Shown: positions 17,972-25,310 of the stretch, in pieces
How positions within the stretch are numbered: the stretch's first letter is position 1
Layout: every line of letters starts with the position of its first letter
Source of the DNA: an uncultured Anaerolineaceae bacterium
GTDB lineage: Bacteria > Chloroflexota > Anaerolineae > Anaerolineales > UBA4823
Direction of reading: 5' to 3'
Assembly (NCBI GenBank): GCA_964606085.1
Contig: CAZSFD010000011.1
Coordinates: forward strand, 17,763-81,762
DNA length: 64,000 bases
Translations under genes and position numbers: made by a program
The notes under the pieces: model-generated
Databases searched by the model: none
Told to the model about the DNA's origin: nothing
Seen by the model: only the letters and a program-made list of their open reading frames with translations

Positions 17972-18824
17972 ACGCCCCGGCCTCGGACGAGGCCTCGACT
18001 CCCTGATCCCTGCGGGTGAAGCATCGGCATTGCCGGCCAGCAATATCACCCAACTGCCGGTCAGCGCCATCACGCGCAACCCCAGCCAACCGCGCACGCA
18101 TTTCGACCCGAAGGATTTGGATGAACTGGCCGCTTCCATTCGGGAACATGGCATCATCCAACCACTGATCGTCACGCACGGCCCGACGCCCGAATTGTAC
18201 ACGTTGATTGCTGGCGAGCGGCGCTTGCTGGCGGCGCGCCAGGCCGGGCTGACCACCGTTCCCGTCATCGTACGGGATGCCACCCCGCAAGATTTACTCG
18301 AACTGGCGCTGGTCGAAAACGTGCAGCGCGCCGACCTGGGGGCGCTCGAAACCGCCGAAGCCTTCCGCCACCTGGCCGATGATTTCAAGCTGACCCACGA
18401 ACAGATCGCCGTCCGCGTGGGCAAGAGTCGTGTGGCCGTCTCGAATACATTGCGTCTGCTCGACCTGCCGGAGGCCATCCGCAAAGCCCTGGCCAACGGC
18501 ATGATCACCGAAGGCCACGCCCGCGCCCTGCTGGGGCTGAAGACGCCGCAATCGCAGGCCGCCGCCCTCGACCGCATCCTCAACGAAGACCTCAACGTGC
18601 GCCAGACCGAAGAACTGGTGCGCCGCCTGAGCGGCGAAAAGCGTCCCGGCAAGCCGCGTCCCGCCCCGCCGCCCGAACTGACCGACCTCGAAGAACGCCT
18701 GATGCAAAGCCTGCACACCAAAGTCAACCTTAAGCGCAGCCGCAAGGGGGGGACGATGGTGATCCACTATTACTCGGATGAAGAGTTGGATACGTTAGTC
18801 AGTCGGATTACGGGGGATGCGTAA
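17964..18824 (+). CDS. parB: Chromosome partitioning protein ParB/Spo0J
   Basis: GLGRGLDSLIP, GERRLLAARQAG and an HTH region. It overlaps the parA stop by 8 nt. Confidence 0.9.
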   Translation: MSKRPGLGRGLDSLIPAGEASALPASNITQLPVSAITRNPSQPRTHFDPKDLDELAASIREHGIIQPLIVTHGPTPELYTLIAGERRLLAARQAGLTTVPVIVRDATPQDLLELALVENVQRADLGALETAEAFRHLADDFKLTHEQIAVRVGKSRVAVSNTLRLLDLPEAIRKALANGMITEGHARALLGLKTPQSQAAALDRILNEDLNVRQTEELVRRLSGEKRPGKPRPAPPPELTDLEERLMQSLHTKVNLKRSRKGGTMVIHYYSDEELDTLVSRITGDA

Positions 18825-18850
18825 CGAAACAGCATGACCGGCGAATTCTT

Positions 18851-19768
18851 ATGAATGATTTCCGAAAACTCCCCCGTTTTGCCCAATACACCTGGTTTGT
18901 CCTCCTCTACAACCTGATCGTCATCTTGTGGGGGGCGTATGTGCGCGCCACCGGCGCCGGCGCCGGCTGTGGCAGCCATTGGCCGCTGTGCAATGGCGAG
19001 ATCATCCCGCGCGCCCCGCAGATCGAGACCGTGATCGAATTCACCCACCGCCTGAGCAGCGGCCTGGCGTTGATTTTGATCCTCGTGCTGCTGATCTGGG
19101 CGTGGCGGGCATTCCCGACGGGCCACCGCGTGCGCAAGGGCGCAACAGCCTGCGCGGTGTTGATCTTGCTCGAAGCGCTGTTTGGGGCGGGGCTGGTGCT
19201 GTTCGAGTGGGTGGCGCAGGATGCCTCGTTGGGACGGGTGATTTCGATGCCTGTTCACCTCGTGGTGACCTTTGTGCTGCTGGCGGCCCTCTCGCTCACC
19301 GGGTGGTGGGCGGCGGGCGGCAATGGACTGCGTTTGCAGGGCCGCGGCTGGCCGGCCTGGGGCTGGCTGCTGGGGCTGGCCGGCGTCCTCGTCATCGGCA
19401 TGACCGGGGCGGTGACCGCCCTCGGCGACACGCTTTTCCCTGCTGAGACACTGGCCGAAGGCTTGCAGCAAGACCTCGACCCGCAGGCGCACTTCCTCCT
19501 TCGCCTACGCGTCTGGCATCCGCTCATTTCGGTGGGGGTGGGCTTTTTCCTGCTCTTCTACACCTATTTCTTCGGCCACACGCACGCCAGCCCGGCAGTG
19601 CGCTGGTTCTCGAAGGCCCTGTTCGCCCTGGTGATTGTGCAGTGGGTGGCCGGGATGGTCAACATCGCTTTGCTGGCCCCGGTGTGGATGCAACTGCTGC
19701 ACCTGCTGCTGGCCGACCTGACCTGGATCGCCCTGGCTTTGTTGGGCGCAGCGGCCTTTGAAGGATGA
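18851..19768 (+). CDS. ctaA: Heme A synthase (COX15/CtaA family)
   Basis: Eight hydrophobic segments, GAGAGCGSHWPLCNG and conserved His in helices (FTHR, VHL, WHP). Confidence 0.8.
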   Translation: MNDFRKLPRFAQYTWFVLLYNLIVILWGAYVRATGAGAGCGSHWPLCNGEIIPRAPQIETVIEFTHRLSSGLALILILVLLIWAWRAFPTGHRVRKGATACAVLILLEALFGAGLVLFEWVAQDASLGRVISMPVHLVVTFVLLAALSLTGWWAAGGNGLRLQGRGWPAWGWLLGLAGVLVIGMTGAVTALGDTLFPAETLAEGLQQDLDPQAHFLLRLRVWHPLISVGVGFFLLFYTYFFGHTHASPAVRWFSKALFALVIVQWVAGMVNIALLAPVWMQLLHLLLADLTWIALALLGAAAFEG

Positions 19769-20472
19769 AGCGCTACTCCACCCTGCTCTTCGACGCCGAC
19801 GATACGCTGTTCGATTACAACCGCGCCGAAGCCGATGCCCTCCAAATAACCTTCGCGCAGCATGGCATCGCCTGGCAGCCTGATTTCCTCGCCACGTACC
19901 GCCAGATCAACCGCGAAATGTGGCAACAGCTCGAACAAGGCCGCCTCACCCCGCAAACGATCAACCACCAACGCTTTGTGCGCCTGCTGCAAACGCTCCA
20001 GCTTGACCCGCCCAGCGAAACTTTCGCAACCGGCTACCTTGCCAATATCGCCGCCTGCGCCGCTTTGCTGGAGGGCGCGCTGGATGTGGTGACGACCCTC
20101 GCGCCGCATTACCGCCTCGCCATCCTCACCAACGGCCTCCAAGCCGTGCAGTATTCCCGCCTGGCGCGTTCACCCCTGGCAGCCTACATCCCCCCCTCGC
20201 ATTTGATCATCTCCGAAGAAGTTGGTGCAGCCAAGCCCGACCCGGCCATCTTCGCCATCGCCCTCGAACGCCTGGGCAGCCCGCCAAAGGATGAAGTCCT
20301 GATGATCGGCGACAGCCTGTCCTCCGATATCCGCGGCGCGGCCAACGCTGGCCTGGATAGCTGCTGGTACAACCCCGCGGCTGCCCTGCGCCCCGCCGAC
20401 CTGCCGATCACCCACGAAATCCGCCATCTTTGCGACATCGTTCCCATCCTCATCCATTCACCCAACCGCTAA
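19765..20472 (+). CDS. HAD-superfamily hydrolase (YjjG-like nucleotidase subfamily)
   Basis: LLFDADDTLFDY motif I, ILTNG, and GDSLSSDIRGAANAG motif IV. Confidence 0.8.
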   Translation: MKRYSTLLFDADDTLFDYNRAEADALQITFAQHGIAWQPDFLATYRQINREMWQQLEQGRLTPQTINHQRFVRLLQTLQLDPPSETFATGYLANIAACAALLEGALDVVTTLAPHYRLAILTNGLQAVQYSRLARSPLAAYIPPSHLIISEEVGAAKPDPAIFAIALERLGSPPKDEVLMIGDSLSSDIRGAANAGLDSCWYNPAAALRPADLPITHEIRHLCDIVPILIHSPNR

Positions 20473-20489
20473 ATTACCCATCTTTGGAT

Positions 20490-22040
20490 ATGCTGACCAT
20501 TCATAACGCTCGTATCTACACCTTTGACCCTGCCTGCCCCATCGCCACCACGATCACCCTTCATGGTGGGCGGGTTGTTGCGCTCAACCGGCCTGCTGCC
20601 GATGGCGAACACCGCGATTCTGGCGGCAAGATCATCCTGCCCGGCCTGACCGACGCCCACTTTCACCTCGAACATTACGCCCTCGGTCTGCAAAAGGTGA
20701 ACTGCGAGACAAGCACCCTCGATGAATGTCTGCGCGGCGTGTCCGACCGTGCCGCCATTACCCCGCCCGGCGAGTGGATTCTCGGCCACGGCTGGAATCA
20801 GAACAACTGGGGTGGCGCTTTCCCCACTGCCGCCCAACTCGATGCCGTTGCCTCGCACCACCCGGTTTACCTGACCGCCAAATCGCTGCATGCCGGTTGG
20901 GCCAACAGCGCTGCCCTCAGGCTGGCCGGCATCACCGACCGTACGCCCGACCCCGCCGATGGGCAGATCGGGCGCAGCGCCGATGGCAGGCCAAACGGGA
21001 TGCTCTTCGAGAGCGCCATGCAGTTGGTGAACGCGGCCATCCCCGCGCCCTCGGAGGAGCAGGTGGCCGAGGCCATTCGGGCGGCCTTGCCCACGCTGTG
21101 GCAGGTGGGTCTCACCGGCGTCCACGATTTCGACCGTGCGCGCTGCTTTGCCGCTTTGCAGCGCTTACATGCGCATAGCCAGTTGAAGCTGCGCGTGGTC
21201 AAGAGCATTCCACTGGACGATTTGCCGCACGCCGCGGCCCTGGGGCTGCGTTCGGGCTTTGGCGATGACTGGCTGCGCCTGGGGGCGGTGAAGGTCTTTG
21301 CTGATGGGGCCTTGGGGCCGCGCACGGCGGCCATGCTGCAACCCTACGAGGGCGAACCCGATAACCGCGGCATGTTGTTCCTCGATGCCGAAGAGCTTTT
21401 CGAGCGGGGTAAGTTGGCCGTTGCCAGCGGTTTCCCCCTGGCCGTCCATGCCATTGGCGACCGTGCCAACCACGAGGTGTTGAACGCCTTCGAGCAGCTT
21501 CGCCCGCTTTCTGGCAATTTGCGCCACCGTATCGAACACGTCCAATTGATCCATCCCGATGATGCGGCGCGCCTGGCGCAACTGGGCGTGATCGCCTCGA
21601 TGCAGCCGATCCACGCCACCTCCGATATGGCGATGGCCGACCGGCACTGGGGCGCACGCGTGGCTCTTGCGTATGCCTGGAAGACCCAACTTGACGCCGG
21701 GGCGGTGCTGGCCTTCGGCTCAGATGCGCCGGTGGAAGCGCCCAACCCGTGGTGGGGCATCTATGCCGCGGTCACGCGCCGCCGTCACGATGGCGCGCCC
21801 GGCCCAGAAGGGTGGATTCCGCAGCAGCGCCTGGCCGTGGCAGATGCTATTCGTGGGTTTACCACGGGTGCGGCGTTTGCGGCGGGTCTGGATGGCCGCC
21901 ACGGCCAGTTATCTCCCGCTTCTCTGGCCGATTTACTCGTCCTCGATGTCGATCCTTTTGCCTGCGATCTGGGTGTGCTTAAAGACATCCGCCCCCGGGC
22001 GACGATGATCGGGGGCGAATGGGTGGTGGATGACCTGTAG
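20490..22040 (+). CDS. Amidohydrolase-family metal-dependent hydrolase (YtcJ-like)
   Basis: GLTDAHFHLEH (HxH), AVHAIGD, HVQLI, GSDAPVE. Start at ATG 20490 (MLTIHNARIY). Confidence 0.8.
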   Translation: MLTIHNARIYTFDPACPIATTITLHGGRVVALNRPAADGEHRDSGGKIILPGLTDAHFHLEHYALGLQKVNCETSTLDECLRGVSDRAAITPPGEWILGHGWNQNNWGGAFPTAAQLDAVASHHPVYLTAKSLHAGWANSAALRLAGITDRTPDPADGQIGRSADGRPNGMLFESAMQLVNAAIPAPSEEQVAEAIRAALPTLWQVGLTGVHDFDRARCFAALQRLHAHSQLKLRVVKSIPLDDLPHAAALGLRSGFGDDWLRLGAVKVFADGALGPRTAAMLQPYEGEPDNRGMLFLDAEELFERGKLAVASGFPLAVHAIGDRANHEVLNAFEQLRPLSGNLRHRIEHVQLIHPDDAARLAQLGVIASMQPIHATSDMAMADRHWGARVALAYAWKTQLDAGAVLAFGSDAPVEAPNPWWGIYAAVTRRRHDGAPGPEGWIPQQRLAVADAIRGFTTGAAFAAGLDGRHGQLSPASLADLLVLDVDPFACDLGVLKDIRPRATMIGGEWVVDDL

Positions 22041-22048
22041 CTGGCGGG

Positions 22049-23746
22049 TTATGGGGTGTTTTCGACCTGTGTGTTTTGCAGGGGCAGGGTATCTTTCAGG
22101 TCGGCGTAGACGACCAGCCGTTTGAGATAGCGCTTGAATTCGTCGTTCCAGTCGGTGCAGGTGATCAGGCTGATTTGGGGGTTTGTGGTGGGGTGGGTCA
22201 CGGCTAAATCGCCTTCTTCAACGACAACTTGTTCGCGTACGGTGTAGGTGTACAGGTTTTCTGCAGTGTAGACCTGGATGACATCGCCGGTTTTGAGTTG
22301 GTCGAGATAGCGGAAGGGGCCGTTTTCGCCGACCAGGGTGACATGCCCGGCCAGCGCTGTGTTGCTGCCCAACCCCGGCCAGGAGGTATTGCCCAGCCAG
22401 GCGATCTCCTGTTTCAGGCCGGCGATCATCCAGCTTTCGCCGTCGAAAGGCACGTATTTGACGATAGTATCCACGTTTAGGGCGGGAATGGCCAGACGGG
22501 TGACGGGGCTGGTATCGAGGACGATGCCGGGTTCTGTTTCGGGCAGGGCGGTGGGGGAGGGGATGGGAAAATCGGGCAGTGCGCTGATTTCGGTGGGGGC
22601 AGTGAAGATGTACCCGGTGGTGTCTTCGGTGGGGAAGATGGGGGCGATGGCATAGCCGGCCATTTTTTCGGCGAGGTGGGTTGGGGCAATGGCGATGGGG
22701 AGGCGCGCCTCGGGCGAGCGCCAGAACCACCCACTGCCGGCCGCACCAACGACTGCCCCGGCGAGCAGTAAGGCGACTCCGGCAAGAAGGTAGCGGCCAA
22801 TTTGGCTTTGTTCTTGTTGGCGCGCCCACAGGGCATACCAGATGGTGAAGAAGCCGGCCAGCGCCGCCGCGCCTGCCAGGAAGAGCAGCGACCAGTCTAT
22901 GGGGTGGGTGGGATTTTCAAGCGGTTGGAGGCCGGTGCCAGGCAGCCCAGAGACGACGACGCGGTAGTTGGCGGTGGCGGTGCGGGTGTTGTTGGGGGCG
23001 TAGGTAAGGCTGATGCTGTTAACCAGGTTGACGGTTGCGTTGGCGGTGCTGTTGACGCTGGTTTCGATGGTGACGGTGACAATTTTACTCGGCAAGATTT
23101 CGCCGATCAGCACTGTTACGGCATGGTTCTGGCGGTTGATTGTTCCCTGGGTTGTTTTGGTGTTGCTGGTGATATCTATGGTGGTGGGGAAGGAATCGGT
23201 CAGGATGACATCTTGTGCGGGGGCCAGGCCGTTATTGGTGATTTTGACGATGAAGGTGATCTTTTGCCCGACGCGCGCTTCTGAGGGGTTGACGGTGATG
23301 GCGATGGTGGGGTTGGGGGTGATTGTTCCGGTGGCGGTGGGGGTGGGAGGGGTGCCGGTGGTTGTGCGGGTGGCCGTGGGTGTGGGTGTGGCGGTATCGG
23401 GTATTTGTTTGAAGATGAGCGGTAAGAATTTTCGAATGGCTGTGGCCGTGTGTGTGGGCGTTGCCGTGGGGGTGGCGGTCGTTGTGGCCGTCTGGGTGGC
23501 TGTGCCTGTTTCGGTGGGGGTGCTGGTAGATGTGGCCGTTCCGGTGGTGGTACCCGTGGATGTGGCGGTTTCGGTGGCCGTTGCCGTCGGCGTGCTGGTT
23601 TCGGTGGGGGTGGGGGTATCTGTGGCTGGTTCGGGTTGGCTGACGGCGCTGAATTGGGGGATGGCCGCGGCTGCGAACCAAAGCGCCAGGCCGAAGATCA
23701 CCACGAATAAAAAACGGGCAATGCGTTGATGATTAAGGGGAAGCAT
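22049..23746 (-). CDS. Sortase-substrate fusion: signal peptide, T/P-rich linker, DUF11-like domain, LPGTG + TM + basic tail, second TM, sortase catalytic domain
   Basis: LPGTG is encoded at 22931-22945 (CTG CCT GGC ACC GGC). It is followed by WSLLFLAGAAALAGFFTIWYALWA RQQEQ. The C-terminal domain has LAGH, SLITC (TLxTC-type Cys) and RLVV. Confidence 0.8.
   Translation of the reverse strand: MLPLNHQRIARFLFVVIFGLALWFAAAAIPQFSAVSQPEPATDTPTPTETSTPTATATETATSTGTTTGTATSTSTPTETGTATQTATTTATPTATPTHTATAIRKFLPLIFKQIPDTATPTPTATRTTTGTPPTPTATGTITPNPTIAITVNPSEARVGQKITFIVKITNNGLAPAQDVILTDSFPTTIDITSNTKTTQGTINRQNHAVTVLIGEILPSKIVTVTIETSVNSTANATVNLVNSISLTYAPNNTRTATANYRVVVSGLPGTGLQPLENPTHPIDWSLLFLAGAAALAGFFTIWYALWARQQEQSQIGRYLLAGVALLLAGAVVGAAGSGWFWRSPEARLPIAIAPTHLAEKMAGYAIAPIFPTEDTTGYIFTAPTEISALPDFPIPSPTALPETEPGIVLDTSPVTRLAIPALNVDTIVKYVPFDGESWMIAGLKQEIAWLGNTSWPGLGSNTALAGHVTLVGENGPFRYLDQLKTGDVIQVYTAENLYTYTVREQVVVEEGDLAVTHPTTNPQISLITCTDWNDEFKRYLKRLVVYADLKDTLPLQNTQVENTP
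23318..23626 (-). repeat. Thr/Pro/Ala low-complexity coding repeat (linker of the sortase-fusion protein)
   Basis: TDTPTPTETSTPTATATETATSTGTTTGTATSTSTPTETGTATQTATTTATPTATPTHTA...TPTPTATRTTTGTPPTPTATG. Confidence 0.8.
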
Positions 23747-23781
23747 GAAATTCTCCAGAAGGATGCGTTGGGCGTGCGAGC

Positions 23782-23787
23782 ATTATA
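23782..23787 (-). promoter_or_regulatory. Possible -10 element (TATAAT) for the sortase-fusion gene
   Basis: The minus-strand TATAAT lies ~36 nt upstream of ATG 23746, with SD GGAG between. No convincing -35. Confidence 0.25.
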
Positions 23788-23932
23788 CCGCGCTCATTGG
23801 GGGCGTTTTCCTGTCGGTTTGTAGCGCTGGTGATATACTGCCCACGGGGATAATCTGCACTTTTCCCCATCGCCCCACCCGGCTCACCTGGGCCCGACCA
23901 ATTGCCCCTGTACGTTGAAAGCGAGACCTGCC

Positions 23933-24286
23933 ATGACTCAACACACTGCCGTCTTTATCTTGGGTTTTACCCCGGAAGCCCTGAGCAGTAATCAGTTAGT
24001 TCAGATGATACGGGCGGCCGACACCGGCCTGAAAGTGAAATATCCCGCTTTCAGGCAGATTATGCGGCAGGCTGACGTCAGTCAGGCTGAGATCAACATT
24101 GCCAACCAATTGTTAGCGCCGCCCATGGATACCCTGCAAAACATGCAGGCAGCGTTAGGCGATTGGTTACAAATTGAAGAACTGCCCTTCCAACCCGTGC
24201 TTGGTGAAAACTTTTTTATCAGTGACTCGCGTAATGAACAGGGGCAAGGAAACTGCATGTTGTTTTACATTCATCGCACCGCATAG
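23933..24286 (+). CDS. Hypothetical protein
   Basis: ORF with ATG at 23933 (the track uses TTG 23915). It has no recognisable motif and lower GC than its surroundings. Confidence 0.4.
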   Translation: MTQHTAVFILGFTPEALSSNQLVQMIRAADTGLKVKYPAFRQIMRQADVSQAEINIANQLLAPPMDTLQNMQAALGDWLQIEELPFQPVLGENFFISDSRNEQGQGNCMLFYIHRTA

Positions 24287-24347
24287 TGCGGTTTGCTGCT
24301 CTCCTTGCGTCTTTTCACTGGTATCTCTCGCTTGGTAGGTTTTGCTG

Positions 24348-24885
24348 ATGGCATCTCAGATGGCGCAAATTTTAGACGAAGCCCGGCAGTTTTTGAACGA
24401 AAGTTTGCGTGGCAAGCAAAACGGCCGCGAGATGTTGCATCCCTGGCGTAAGAGCTGGAAATTCACCGTAGATCACTCCCTGCGAGTCGAAGCTATGACC
24501 GTGCAGATTCTGTCCCTGCAAATGCCCCCATTCCCCGAAAATGAAATCATTCAGCGAAAAACTGCTCTCTCTGATCGCCCATCACTCCGAAAAAGACATC
24601 CCCGGCCCCGATCTGTTGCACGGCATCCTCAAAGATACCGACACTCTCGACGAGATCGGCGCGGTCTCGATCTGGATGGCAACCAACTGGCTCGACCGCA
24701 CCTCGCCCGATTTTTTGGCCGACTTGCTCGAACGTCTGCGGATGGTCGAAATCCCTTTCTGCGAACGCACCCTATCCCAACTCAACACCCCGGCAGCCCA
24801 GGGTATTCTGCGTCAGAAACAGCAATTCATCCAGACATTCATCGTGCAATTGGAAAGTGAACTGCAAACCATCACCAGGAGTTAA
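24348..24885 (+). pseudogene. HD-domain phosphohydrolase (YedJ-like), apparently split by a +1 frameshift near 24530-24545
   Basis: Frame A carries ...FTVDHSLRVEAMTVQIL and then turns R/P-rich. Frame B (from 24541) carries LLSLIAHHSEKD and LKDTDTLDEIGAVSIW (the DxxDxLGA motif of HD proteins). The two halves together make one HD domain. Confidence 0.4.
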
Positions 24886-24887
24886 CC

Positions 24888-25253
24888 ATGCCCCGTAAAC
24901 CAGCCATTCCCGAAGAAGTCAAAGAAGAAGTACTCAAAATCGTGGCAGATTTCAACGCCAAAAACTTCACGCCCGCTCACCCACTGGCAAAGGCCCTTTT
25001 TGGAGGCCGCGATGTCGGATATGTGGCGCGTTTCAAAGGGAAATTCCTCTACCTCGATAATGCCGCCCGCAAACATGCCGCTGAAATCTGCCGCTTGACG
25101 TGGACCGGCAGCATGGACAACTGGGAATTTGCCATCTACCGCCACAGCCGCAACGCTTACGATCCGCATGAATGGATGTTCCCCGGCGCACGTGAAGTCA
25201 ATGGCACTGTCGAAGGCGCCATGCGCGCCGGTATGCAAGCCTACCCCATGTAA
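24888..25253 (+). CDS. Hypothetical protein (121 aa)
   Basis: SD AGGAG upstream and protein-like composition (…FKGKFLYLDNAARKHAAEICRLTWTGSMDNWEFAIYRHS…). No family assigned. Confidence 0.55.
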   Translation: MPRKPAIPEEVKEEVLKIVADFNAKNFTPAHPLAKALFGGRDVGYVARFKGKFLYLDNAARKHAAEICRLTWTGSMDNWEFAIYRHSRNAYDPHEWMFPGAREVNGTVEGAMRAGMQAYPM

Positions 25254-25260
25254 CCGCCCC

Positions 25261-25302
25261 CAACCTTCAACCCGCAACTTTCAACCTTCAACCTTCAAAC
25301 CT
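25261..25302 (+). repeat. Six tandem heptamers (CAACCTT family) in the leader of the DUF5107 gene
   Basis: CAACCTT CAACCCG CAACTTT CAACCTT CAACCTT CAAACCT, then TCCCCCCT ATG (25311). Confidence 0.85.
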
Positions 25303-25310
25303 TCCCCCCT

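Noticed and set aside
17330-18745. 471-aa ORF on the minus strand across parA/parB.
   Set aside because: It is antisense to textbook ParA and ParB genes. Its translation is R/S/A/G-rich with no motif. This is a typical shadow ORF of GC-rich DNA.
17192-18824. parA-parB as evidence for a plasmid or for the replication origin.
   Set aside because: The flanking genes are ordinary chromosomal housekeeping genes. No dnaA, dnaN or rep gene or DnaA-box cluster is visible, so neither claim can be supported from this window.
23318-23626. Highly repetitive ACC/ACG/CCC DNA as a possible mobile or non-coding repeat.
   Set aside because: It lies in-frame within the sortase-fusion ORF and encodes a Thr/Pro/Ala linker typical of extracellular proteins.
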